Shown: one piece after another, positions 52,190 through 64,000 of the stretch
Layout of the letters: each line of letters opens with the position of its first letter
How positions within the stretch are numbered: position 1 is the first letter of the stretch
Source: Octopus bimaculoides
Lineage: Eukaryota
DNA length: 64,000 nucleotides
Assembly (NCBI RefSeq): GCF_001194135.2
Contig: NC_068981.1
Span: 180,102,558-180,166,557, forward strand
Direction: 5' to 3'
Translations under genes and position numbers: made by a program
The notes under the pieces: model-generated
The model's input: the letters and a program-made list of their open reading frames with translations, nothing else
Database searches by the model: none
What the model was told of the DNA's origin: nothing

Positions 52190-52843
52190 TTTACAAGTCT
52201 GTTTGATCTGAAAGCCGGAGTACTCCAGGGGGACACACTGACGTTTCTTCTCTCGTGAGCATTCTGGATTATGTTCTCAGACCATCACTTGACAATCTAC
52301 AAAGCTTCGATTTCCCACTCGCGAAGATAGATCGGACACCCAGCTCAAGAAATAACTGATGTAGACTCTGCTGATGATTTATCTCTGCTCTCTGACACAA
52401 TATCAAGTTACAGCCAGTTACTTCATAGTCTGCAATTATCTGCTCAAGATGTTGGACTATTGTTAATCTTAGCATCAGAGGAGAAACCATCAACCAAGTG
52501 AATGATTTTAGATACCTCGGTTCCGAGATAGTTTCAACTGAAAAGAATGTAAAACCTTGGATAGCCAAATGATGTTCGACCCTAACTAAAAAGGAGTTTT
52601 TCCGTGCAACAGCCTGGATATGAAGCAAGAAACTGGAATTCAAGCTAGACGGAACTTACACCCGAATGTTAAGATCAGTCTTAAACTTATCTTGTGTAAT
52701 AAGTAGTTTGCTTACGAACCACATGGTTCCAGATTCAGTCCCACTGTGTGGCACCTTGGGCAAGTGTCTTCTACTATAGCCTCGGGCCGACCATAGCCTT
52801 GTGAATGGATTTGGTAGATGGAAACTGAAAGAAGCCCATCGTA

Positions 52844-52910
<67 letters not shown>

Positions 52911-53245
52911 ATATGTTTATGTGTCTGTGTTTGTTCTCCCAACATCGCTTGACAAACGATGCTGGTGTGTTTACGTCCCCGTAACTTCGGCAAAAGAGAG
53001 CCGATAGAATAAGTGCTAGGCTTACAAAGAATAAGTCCTGGAGTCGATTTGCTCGACTAAAGGCGCTGCTCCAGCATGGCCACAGTCAAATGACCGAAAC
53101 AAGTAAAAGAGTAAAGAGTAACACACCGCACCAAGAAGCTGTACGGAGATGTCCAGCCTGTTTCCACCATTATAAGGGAAAGACACTTGCACTTTGCAGG
53201 ACGTTGCTGGCGAGCTAAACAAGAGCTGACAATTGACCTGCTGTA
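52190..53245 (+). mobile_element. RTE-like LINE reverse transcriptase fragment interrupted by a SINE
   Basis: AGVLQGDTL, ITDVDSADDLSLLS, QVNDFRYLGS, LDGTYTRMLR; resumes after 53120 with LYGDVQPVSTIIRERHLHFAG. Confidence 0.85.
52694..53120 (+). mobile_element. SINE family C copy inserted in the LINE
   Basis: Near-consensus head (slightly truncated), internal (TA)n(TG)n, and tail. Confidence 0.9.
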
Positions 53246-53299
53246 ATGGAGATTAATGATACATGTGTTAATACGACTATAGGTGCTAATCACTAACAG

Positions 53300-54615
53300 A
53301 AACAGCTATTAAACTATCACAGCTTCAATCTGGCCTTCGAAATATTAGAATACAGAGTTCGAAAAGTTATTACTTCCAAAATTTTAAGTTTCCAGTTATG
53401 TATCTTCTGTCACATATCTGGTTCAATCCATCATTATATTCATATCAAACTACAGAAGTATAAGTTGAATATCCTACAAGTTTCTTGTAAGATTATGTTC
53501 TAAGAATGTTCGGTTAAGTTCTACTTTGAAAAGCACCTCACCACTATTTAAAAACAACTGCAGACATTGTATGTTATATTTTCGTTAATAACGGATCTTA
53601 CATGTGGATAGAACAAACAATATTTTAAGTGTTTCCTTCCACATATCCGATCCGATCTTTTATGGTTGTTTCACTCTGAACGAATGGGTATGCATCTAAA
53701 GTTATCTTACGCGATTTTATTTCCGTTACAAAAAAAAAACAAAAAAAACTGATCCAAATAATTTCCAATTGAGTAACTTTCTTTTATCACTTCAAAGACT
53801 TCCTAAAATACCAAAGCCAGGTCAGGTGTTAGTCTTCGAAGAATACACAATGATTCAACGAGAATTCGTTACTGGAATTTCATTCGGCTCACCTGTCCAT
53901 TTTCTGTAAAAATGATTTCTCCGAAATAGCATAAAATACCATGAAAATTACGCTTCTTAAAAGATGAGTTAATTTTATAACTTAAACACGCTATATTGTT
54001 ATGTATGTTCACGTAAATACTTCTCAATTCTTTAGAGAAATTTCAACTAAATATGTTTTTTATATCTATTTCAATCACTGATTGTTTTTTCTTTTCTTTC
54101 TTATTTTCCTTCATTAATGTTTTTCATTTATTTCAGTGTTTTTTAATGTTGCTGTGGAGAAACGAATATTAATATATCAGTAGACATCTTGAAGGAAAGA
54201 AAGAATAACGAGAAATTACTACGCAGTCATACGAAATTTCAGCTAGTCAAATCCTTGTAAGCTACACGTATTTTAATTGCATTCTTACTCTCTACATGCC
54301 TTTCAGTCTCATCTTTTCTTGCTCTCCATGTCTCTTTCTTTCTCTCCCTTTTCCTCTCTCTCTCCCTCTCTCTCGCACACACACAGACACAGACGCACAC
54401 ACACAGACGCACACACACAAGCATACACAATACATTAGCTGCACGGGCTGTTTATAATATATTTAATGATTAATAGCTAACCAAATGTGTTTTACGAGTT
54501 TTCTATGATAGTAAACCGCTAATTATTTCCATGCAAATAACTGTTATTCATAAATTTTCTTTAAATCTACATCCTATCCTTAGATGGTCTACAATTTTCC
54601 GCATCAAGTATTGTT

Positions 54616-54658
<43 letters not shown>

Positions 54659-54850
54659 TTTTTGTCTAAATTTAGATTAATGTCTTTCTGTAACAGAAAA
54701 TTGTTACATTATTCCTCTGTTAATTATACGTTCTCAAAAACAATTTACGTTATCTGTATCAGACTATGAATTCGTTTTGTTTTTCCTTTTTAACCTTCTA
54801 ATTATTTAACCTCACTCTTCTCTTTCTTTTTATACTCTTATGTTTATGAC
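53300..54850 (+). repeat. Second copy of the 13820-15445 block
   Basis: Colinear matches to 13820-15445, best at 53525-53985. Confidence 0.75.
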
Positions 54851-54926
54851 TATATATTTTTTATAATTGCTGTTGTACTTATCTCCGTTTTATTGTTTCC
54901 CTGATAGCATTCATTTATTCTGATAG

Positions 54927-55036
54927 GCATTGTTAACATGTCTGGATTGCAAAGCATTCGGTTCTTTAATGTCTATGTTCAAACTTCTTGTCAGCAAAAA
55001 CAACGACTTATATGACTTTGTGATCTCCAAACACAC
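54927..55036 (+). CDS. Candidate 110-nt exon (ALLTCLDCKAFGSLMSMFKLLVSKNNDLYDFVISKH)
   Basis: tttattctgatag| acceptor, CAC|gtaaga donor; 36 open codons in phase 0 to 2. Confidence 0.35.
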
Positions 55037-55322
55037 GTAAGATGCAACACAGTCCGTGTTGCTGCTGTCAAACCTCTTCATCCGTTCCTCAAGAACCATC
55101 TAACTCTCTCGAAAACTTCACACATTAATACATTAAAACATCTCAGACACTAAAGCTATGTATCTTTCCACTATCTGTTCTATTGTTCATAAAATTATTG
55201 CCGTTCCTCTGAACTTTCGATAATTTCCTGATTTCCTTCCGTCACTCCAGTCAGTATCTCTTTTATGAAGGAATTTGTTGAACTGTGTTTAATAAATTAA
55301 ATCCCATACTGAGTACTTCTAT

Positions 55323-55379
<57 letters not shown>

Positions 55380-55502
55380 NNNNNNNNNNNNNNNNNNNNN
55401 NNNNNNNNNNNNNNNNNNNNNNNNNNNNNNNNNNNNNNNNNNNNNNNNNNNNNNNNNNNNNNNNNNNNNNNNNNNNNNNNNNNNNNNNNNNNNNNNNNNN
55501 NN

Positions 55503-55841
55503 GAGGGTTCCAGTTGATCCGATCAATGGAACAGCCTGCTCGTGAAATTAACGTGCAAGTGGCTGAGCACTCCACAGACACGTGTACCCTTAAAGTAATT
55601 CTCGGGGATATTCAGCGTGACACAGTGTGACAAGGCTAACCCTTTGAATTACAGGAACCACAGAAACAGGAAGTAAGAGTGAGAGAAAGTTGTGGTGGAA
55701 GAGTACAGCAGGGTTCACCACCATCCCCTGCCGGAGCCTCGTGGAGCTTTAGGTGTTTTCGCTCAAGAAACACTCACAACGCCCGGTCTGGGAATCGAAA
55801 CCGCGATCGCTGCCCTAACCACTGAGCCATTGCGCCTCCAC
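55503..55841 (-). mobile_element. SINE body B plus tail Y
   Basis: Head and body match 4983-5175; tail matches 3185-3345. Confidence 0.9.
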
Positions 55842-56274
55842 CCATATATATATATATATATATATATATTGACGTCTTTATGGCTGCAATTCCTAGCAGG
55901 CTAGATAAGCAGATAAGTAACACTCTGTTTGTTTGCATAGGTACATGATCGAATTGTATTGAAGTAAAATTAGAAATAGAAAAACATGAACAAATAGAAA
56001 TAGTTATCTTAATCCAATTCTGCATAGAACAATACTGTTGCTTTATTAACAATTCGCCTATTCGAATTCGTTTTTTTCTTCTAAAGAATCAGTAAAAATA
56101 TATAATAATATAAAAATATAAAGATATAAGAATATATGTCTGTAACATAGGAATATGTTTCGAAATTTTCTACAGTACAATCTAAATATGTGTAAAGTAA
56201 AAATTGTTACAAAAATAACACAGGATTTTAGGAGCGTGTAAAAACTTATTAATACACAATGCAGTCACGTGCAT

Positions 56275-56323
<49 letters not shown>

Positions 56324-56605
56324 CACGCACGCACACACTCATACACTTGCCTCATGTGCTACAGAGAAAGCTTATGTATATATAGTAAACTCATACACGT
56401 GTGTATAAAACGTTTAGGCAGAAGAAAACATAAGAGTTTTTAAAGTATAATGGGATCGATTCGTTCAACTAAAACATTCTTCAAAGGCAGTACCCCAGTA
56501 TGGGCGCAGTCTAATGACTTAAATAAGTAAACGATAAAAGGTAGAAAATACACATTAACGTTCTTTACTCTTTTACTCTTACTCTCTCTATATTCTTGTC
56601 TCTCC

Positions 56606-56641
<36 letters not shown>

Positions 56642-57578
56642 NNNNNNNNNNNNNNNNNNNNNNNNNNNNNNNNNNNNNNNNNNNNNNNNNNNNNNNNNNN
56701 NNNNNNNNNNNNNNNNNNNNNNNNNNNNNNNNNNNNNNNNNNNNNNNNNNNNNNNNNNNNNNNNNNNNNNNNNNNNNNNNNNNNNNNNNNNNNNNNNNNN
56801 NNNNNNNNNNNNNNNNNNNNNNNNNNNNNNNNNNNNNNNNNNNNNNNNNNNNNNNNNNNNNNNNNNNNNNNNNNNNNNNNNNNNNNNNNNNNNNNNNNNN
56901 NNNNNNNNNNNNNNNNNNNNNNNNNNNNNNNNNNNNNNNNNNNNNNNNNNNNNNNNNNNNNNNNNNNNNNNNNNNNNNNNNNNNNNNNNNNNNNNNNNNN
57001 NNNNNNNNNNNNNNNNNNNNNNNNNNNNNNNNNNNNNNNNNNNNNNNNNNNNNNNNNNNNNNNNNNNNNNNNNNNNNNNNNNNNNNNNNNNNNNNNNNNN
57101 NNNNNNNNNNNNNNNNNNNNNNNNNNNNNNNNNNNNNNNNNNNNNNNNNNNNNNNNNNNNNNNNNNNNNNNNNNNNNNNNNNNNNNNNNNNNNNNNNNNN
57201 NNNNNNNNNNNNNNNNNNNNNNNNNNNNNNNNNNNNNNNNNNNNNNNNNNNNNNNNNNNNNNNNNNNNNNNNNNNNNNNNNNNNNNNNNNNNNNNNNNNN
57301 NNNNNNNNNNNNNNNNNNNNNNNNNNNNNNNNNNNNNNNNNNNNNNNNNNNNNNNNNNNNNNNNNNNNNNNNNNNNNNNNNNNNNNNNNNNNNNNNNNNN
57401 NNNNNNNNNNNNNNNNNNNNNNNNNNNNNNNNNNNNNNNNNNNNNNNNNNNNNNNNNNNNNNNNNNNNNNNNNNNNNNNNNNNNNNNNNNNNNNNNNNNN
57501 NNNNNNNNNNNNNNNNNNNNNNNNAATATATATATTACGGAGCAAGTTACCTGAACCGAGATCGTGTGCTGGAACAAA

Positions 57579-57866
57579 AACAATTGCAGCGTGGAAGGTG
57601 TTTATAAGTCATTTAAGAAACACACAAAAAACGTTAGATTCACTTCAACATTTAAATTTAATTTGCCAAAATATTTTCGTCGCTTTGAGACTGCGACCTG
57701 TTCACTGACAAAATTCCGATGCAGCACGGAATTTTGTCAGTGAACAGGTCGCAGTCTCAAAGCGACGAAAACATTTTGGCAAATTAAATTTAAATGTTGA
57801 AGTGAATCTAACAGTTTTTGTGTGTTTCTTAAATGGCTTATAAACACCTTCCACGCTGCAATTGTT
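57579..57866. repeat. 288-bp fold-back palindrome (140-bp arms, 8-nt loop)
   Basis: Arms 57579-57718 and 57727-57866 differ at 4 positions; the left-arm repeat continues toward 57525. Confidence 0.95.
57733..57783 (+). ncRNA. Candidate minimal hammerhead ribozyme with G3:C8 core (mirror copy on minus at 57662-57712)
   Basis: tttgtca-GTGAACA-g-gtcgc(agtctcaaa)gcgac-GAAA-acat-TT-tggcaaa; 7-bp stem I, 5-bp stem II. Confidence 0.55.
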
Positions 57867-59745
57867 ATATCCATATATTGCCAGCTTCAAGACAATTAAT
57901 AAGATATATTCAACATGTTTCGCCGATTTTGTGATGGAAAATACGAGTATTTTTATTAATCACTACGTTGTTTCAACACATCTAGCATCGACCCCTCACG
58001 GGTGGGATACTTAACGACTGGTTTAGGAGCATCCGACGGTACAGAAGTGTCCTTGTACTCATCTGCTGATACGGTCTGCTAGAAATAGTGTCATTAGTGG
58101 ACCATTTATCTTAATTCTGAAAATTAAAGTGTTCCTTAATTTTTTATGTGAAATAGAGAACGATGACAAAAATGAAGAAAGTATCCAGGTGCTAAACGTA
58201 GCAGCCATAATTCCTTAAGAAACTCTCCTTGATTTCTTATAAAAAGAAATGGTTTGTAGAACAATGCAGTCTTCAATGTACAAAAGGATGAGGCTCAACT
58301 ATTCGTAGATGGAATACGCTTGATCGTAGAAAAGTTTGACCAAGTCTAACTTGGGGCGAAAGACTAAAACACAATCGTATGAGTAACACAAGAGCATTCA
58401 TTTACTGGAATTGCATCTTTACCATAGATCCTTGAATTATTAGAATCTAATGGTGTGACCAGCCAGCCAACCATCTCACCTCACACAAACACACACACAC
58501 ACAAAATTAAAAAAAAAAACAACAAATAGCAAGAATCAAATAAGTAACATAATCCAATTCTCAAGACCCAACGACCGGAAGTTGATATTATATCCTCTCG
58601 ATCATTGCTTCTTTACATTCCAGAGTTAACATAATTATCGATTATAATTGCTTTAATCTTTATATACTTTTCTTATGAAGTTGCTGCTCAGCAGAGGCAT
58701 AATTAATTATTAATGTGACACGTAAACACTTTTTATCACTATGCATGATTGCCTTCTACACGTAAAAGCCGAAACTACTGCGATATCTGTTGTTGATGCT
58801 ATTAAAATTCATTGTTCCTCGTATAGGGCATCGCTGGAGATATTTTTAATCAAGGCGTTATTGATGAAACCATTATTGTTGTTGTTGTTGTTGTTGCCGT
58901 TGGTGTTGCTGTTGCTGTTTTTGTTTTTCTTGTTATTGGCACAGAGACATTTATGGGGTTTTTCCGCCATCTTCAGGTTAATAATGATTTGAAAAATATT
59001 TTGGTCTCTTGCAGACTTCACTTAACTTTTCACGTTGACGTTGTTATTATTGTTCTCTAGTTTTTCCCCATTGACTAGCAGCTAATTAAGATTATTCTCC
59101 TCTGCCTAAATAATATATACATATAATCATATATNNNNNNNNNNNNNNNNNNNNNNNNNNNNNNNNNNNNNNNNNNNNNNNNNNNNNNNNNNNNNNNNNN
59201 NNNNNNNNNNNNNNNNNNNNNNNNNNNNNNNNNNNNNNNNNNNNNNNNNNNNNNNNNNNNNNNNNNNNNNNNNNNNNNNNNNNNNNNNNNNNNNNNNNNN
59301 NNNNNNNNNNNNNNNNNNNNNNNNNNNNNNNNNNNNNNNNNNNNNNNNNNNNNNNNNNNNNNNNNNNNNNNNNNNNNNNNNNNNNNNNNNNNNNNNNNNN
59401 NNNNNNNNNNNNNNNNNNNNNNNNNNNNNNNNNNNNNNNNNNNNNNNNNNNNNNNNNNNNNNNNNNNNNNNNNNNNNNNNNNNNNNNNNNNNNNNNNNNN
59501 NNNNNNNNNNNNNNNNNNNNNNNNNNNNNNNNNNNNNNNNNNNNNNNNNNNNNNNNNNNNNNNNNNNNNNNNNNNNNNNNNNNNNNNNNNNNNNNNNNNN
59601 NNNNNNNNNNNNNNNNNNNNNNNNNNNNNNNNNNNNNNNNNNNNNNNNATATATATATATGTATGTATGTATATATATATACATATATATAACATATATA
59701 TAAATATATATCGATATATATATGTATATATAAGCATATATATGA

Positions 59746-59798
<53 letters not shown>

Positions 59799-59856
59799 TA
59801 TGCATATATATAAATATATATATATAGACATATATATGTGTGTGTGTGTGTGTGTA

Positions 59857-59896
<40 letters not shown>

Positions 59897-60744
59897 TATG
59901 CAAACAAATATGGTTATGTGATCCATATGAATATATAAATATATATATATACATAGAAATATGTGAATGTATAAATATATATATATATATATGGGGGGGG
60001 GTGCGTGTGTGTGGATCAAAACTCTATAGCTAATTGTATATGTGTGCCTGTTGTGTGCACGCGTACACACACGCACGCTATTATACACACACTCACACAA
60101 ACACACACACATACACAAACACCCAAACACACACACGCGCATATATTTTCATATAAATCATAGATTATGAACATCATATATATATATATTTGTTTAAGAG
60201 ATATCACCCATGCTAAAGAAAGATAAAAATATTTATTTCAGATAGCGTGTGAATAGATAAATTAGTTACATTAGAAACGTGTGTAAATAAATAGGTAATC
60301 AGCATGTATTATTAGAGACCCCACGTAATATATTTGACTAATTTCATTATATANNNNNNNNNNATATATATATATATACATACATGTGTATGTATATATG
60401 CATTCGTATCTGCGCGTCTGCGTGTGTATGAATGTGTGTATGTAAAGATACATATACGAATACATACATACAGAGTGTGTTTCAATGTCACTTTGCCTCT
60501 CTACGTGTGTGTATGTGTACGGGTGTGTATGTGTACGGGTGTGCATGTATATGTGTGTGTTTGCACGTGTGTACGTGTATATGTGTGTGTGTATGAATAT
60601 GTGTGATCTTGTTGCCGTATTAAGATTTTAGTAAAAGTTGATTTAGAATTCCATAGTTTATGAAGACATATTTGAGAATGACTAGGTATTTAGCCAAAAG
60701 CTTGTGACCAACATTATACAAAACATGAAATATGGCAGCATAAT

Positions 60745-60753
60745 AATAATAAC

Positions 60754-60834
<81 letters not shown>

Positions 60835-61180
60835 AAGAAGAAGAAGAAGAAGAAGAAGAAGAAGAAGAAGAAGAAGAAGAAGAATAAACGCCTTGCTGTT
60901 GTACCAGGTATGTTTTGTCTTGGTATAAAAGTTAGGCTACAGCAAATATTCTGCTCAATACCACAGATTTGCTTGTCAGATGCTTGACCATAACCGGTTG
61001 AGCATGTCCCTTGGTGGCTGACGGTATGTGCAGAAGTAGTGCAGCAGCATGATAGCCATATGATGAGAGGGATTCTTTGGTGTTTGAATAATTCAACTCT
61101 GGAAACATTATTGTTTCGTTCAACATCCTTAAACAACCCTTATTAAGCGACTTTTTGAGCAGGATGGGCTCAAAAAGCGC
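60745..61180 (-). mobile_element. LINE/SINE-type 3' end with compound (TTC)n(TTA)n tail
   Basis: Minus-strand unique segment runs directly into a triplet microsatellite tail at 60745-60884; clade not assigned. Confidence 0.5.
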
Positions 61181-61584
61181 ATGTGTACACATCATTAGCC
61201 ACGACATGGCCTGTCTTCCAAGCAGCGGATTATAACATTTGAAAGATTAATGGAACTCTTCTCCTCCTCAGAATATGGAAGAACATACACGCCAGTCTGA
61301 TTAGTCTGATTAGCTATGAAGCAGAGCAAAACACGACAATCAGGCGTTATTCTGGTGATAGATGCAATCTTGACTCATTTCTGAGTCGATTGGCGATTCA
61401 AGTGACCTCGCCTCTTTCATATCGACCTAAAGATCAATTGTAAATAATTGCGATAATAATCAATATTTTCATCATTTTGGAATTTGCAGATAGGAAAACG
61501 GAAAATATATGAAAACATGAAGACAATATAAAGAAACACATCAAGTCAATCTCCAGTCAGTAAGCCGAACACAATAAGTATGAC

Positions 61585-61775
61585 GGGGAAAATGCTTAAC
61601 GGCAATTCGCCCGTATTCACGCTCTGGGTTCAAATTCCACGAAGGTCAACTTTGCCTTTCATCCTTACAGAGTCAACAAAATAAGCAGCAGTAGAACACC
61701 GGAGGCGGGGGGCGTGTAATTGATTTTTCCCCTCCTTCGAAACTGCAGGCCTTGCGCCAGATTTGAAATCAGTAT
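61585..61775 (+). mobile_element. SINE family D copy
   Basis: gggttcaaattccacgaaggtcaactttgcctttcatccttacagagtcaac. Confidence 0.8.
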
Positions 61776-61829
61776 GTTGTGCTTGCGCGTGTATATGTAT
61801 AAGTGCTGAATGTGTGTATGTACGTATAT

Positions 61830-61862
<33 letters not shown>

Positions 61863-62031
61863 TATANNNNNNNNNNNNNNNNNNNNNNNNNNNNNNNNNN
61901 NNNNNNNNNNNNNNNNNNNNNNNNNNNNNNNNNNNNNNNNNNNNNNNNNNNNNNNNNNNNNNNNNNNNNNNNNNNNNNNNNNNNNNNNNNNNNNNNNNNN
62001 NNNNNNNNNNNNNNNNNNNNNNTATATGTAT

Positions 62032-62275
62032 CGTGGCTTAGTCGATAGGGTGTCAGCATCATGATCGTAAGATTGTGGTTTCGATTCCTGGACCGGGCTA
62101 CGCGTTGTGTTCTTGAGAAAACACTTCATTCCACGTTGCTCCAGTGCATTCAGCTGGCAAAAATGTGTAACGCTGCGAAGGACTGGCGTCCCGTCCAGCT
62201 GCGAGACACATACGCCATTGAAACCGGGAAACCGGGCCCATGAACCTGGCTAGGCTTTAAAAGAGCGCATTAAAA
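62032..62275 (+). mobile_element. SINE body A plus tail X
   Basis: Near-identical to 26557 and 49044. Confidence 0.92.
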
Positions 62276-62444
62276 GGGCAGAATGAATCTACCGTGAGTT
62301 TCCACAATGATCCTTTAGTTGTTCGACGAGCTGAACTTCCTGTTTATTGAGTACGTAAGTGGATGCGTATTCCATAGACACATATTATTAATGTAATTCT
62401 CAATCTGGAACAGTATGACAGTGTGAATTGTAAGCAAAGGCCAT

Positions 62445-62610
62445 TGTAGGCACGACAGGTTTCCACAGGTTTTCCGTTCACCCAATTCCATTTACAATAC
62501 TTGAGTCAATACGAAACCATTGCGAAAGCACTTGCTCAAAATGTCAGTTAATGGAATCGAACTCAGGGTCAGAAGAGTGTGAAGTGAGCTTTTTTAACCA
62601 CTTAGTTACC
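62445..62610 (-). mobile_element. Diverged SINE family C 5' half
   Basis: Reverse complement contains gagttcgattcc, gagcaagtgcttt and ggtgaacggaaaacc. Confidence 0.55.
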
Positions 62611-62675
62611 ATATCTTTGTTTTGATTTCACTGACTACACCATGCAACATTTTGTGTCTTATACTAATGCAAAAC

Positions 62676-62748
<73 letters not shown>
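62676..62748. repeat. (AGT)n microsatellite
   Basis: Direct inspection. Confidence 0.95.
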
Positions 62749-62749
<1 letters not shown>

Positions 62750-64000
62750 AAACAGCTGCAGCGGCATGAGTACCATCAACATCAAAATTATTGCTGTGTT
62801 TATTGTATGTAATCTTTAGTTTCCCCTTGGCCTTTATTTGTTTTAAATATTTAAATATTTAATCGATAACCATTGGAAGGATGAGAAGGTTAGATGCACC
62901 CAGGAAGTGCTTAGCTTACCACAGACTGATGAGCTCGATATGATTGATGTTTATCGTGATCTTCAGTCGGTCGATAATATAAACAGTGAAAAAAAGCCAA
63001 AAAAAGCCTGATGGCTGCGGTTCTGGAAAGAAAATATAAATTTCTGTAATAAACATCTACAAGAAGGTATCAATAAATAAATAAATAAATAAATAAATAA
63101 ATAGATAAATATTTGTTAAATTAGACGTGTGATCGAATTCTGAACTTTCGAAGGGAATTAACCTCGTCTTGATCTCGGCTCTTATTGTTATTTTTATCTG
63201 TTGTTGTAAACGCAAATACAATAAAACTGTAAGGAAGAAGGGGAAAAAATGAACAAGTATGAATGAGCGGAGGGTGAAACTGATAGGGAGAGGAGAAAAC
63301 AAAAACAGGAAGAGCTATTATGAAAAAAACCAAGTTCTCAACAAAATGTTGTATATAGTGAGATCCTGACTTAAACATTACAATCTTTTGTTTATTATAA
63401 CCACTGGTCTACATATCATTTTCGATTAAGTTTACATCTGCTGAGTTATATGTAATATCTATTATACGGTTCCCAACATAATACGAGATCTAAATTCTAA
63501 CTTTTCAATAACGTATATCGGCTGTCTTGTACATTATCATAAAAATATTTAACGTAATGAAACATTGATTTGAATGCATCTAAATTCATGTATAAAATAA
63601 GAAACATTATTAAGTATGGAATCCCTCTAATATACATACATGCATACATACATACATACATACATACATACATACACACATACATGCATGCATATATTAT
63701 TCAACATTCCTTTTTCTCTCTTTCTCATTTTCTTCCTCTTTGTCTCCCATTTTTTCAGTCTTAGTTTGTCGTGAAACCGACAACTTATTCTACTCGTTGA
63801 TAAGCATACCTTTTCTTTCTGTTCTTTAACACCTCATTAGTCTCACTATCTTTCACTATTATTCACTTCTACCATGAAAAGACCTTGGTTAGCCAATGAA
63901 CTCTTCAGCCGACTCCCGTATATATATGTGTGTATATATCAATGTATGTATGTATATATACATACATATGTATATATACATATGTATATATATATATATA

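Overview
AT-rich eukaryotic genomic DNA from a gapped draft assembly: 19 N-gaps, nearly all flanked by (TA)n/(TG)n/(GA)n microsatellites. The SINE families and microsatellite load point to an octopus genome (inference from sequence memory, not a database search). No host gene can be named with confidence; several small exon candidates with good splice sites are listed at low confidence. The window is dominated by transposon relics: about 20 tRNA-derived SINE copies, two Tc1/mariner-superfamily fossils (rosa-type DD41D and maT-type DD37D), a MITE, five Helitron pieces, an RTE-like LINE, a probable hAT remnant and several Penelope-like (PLE) fragments. Most notable: (1) two long fold-back palindromes whose arms carry candidate minimal type-I hammerhead ribozymes pointing outward, one canonical with an enlarged stem II and one with a G3:C8-swapped core, plus a third variant hammerhead in a PLE tail; (2) all four combinations of two SINE 5' modules and two 3' modules; (3) a 183-bp insertion apparently copied in inverted orientation from 2 kb away, with a target duplication; (4) a Helitron whose exact removal restores a transposase stop codon.
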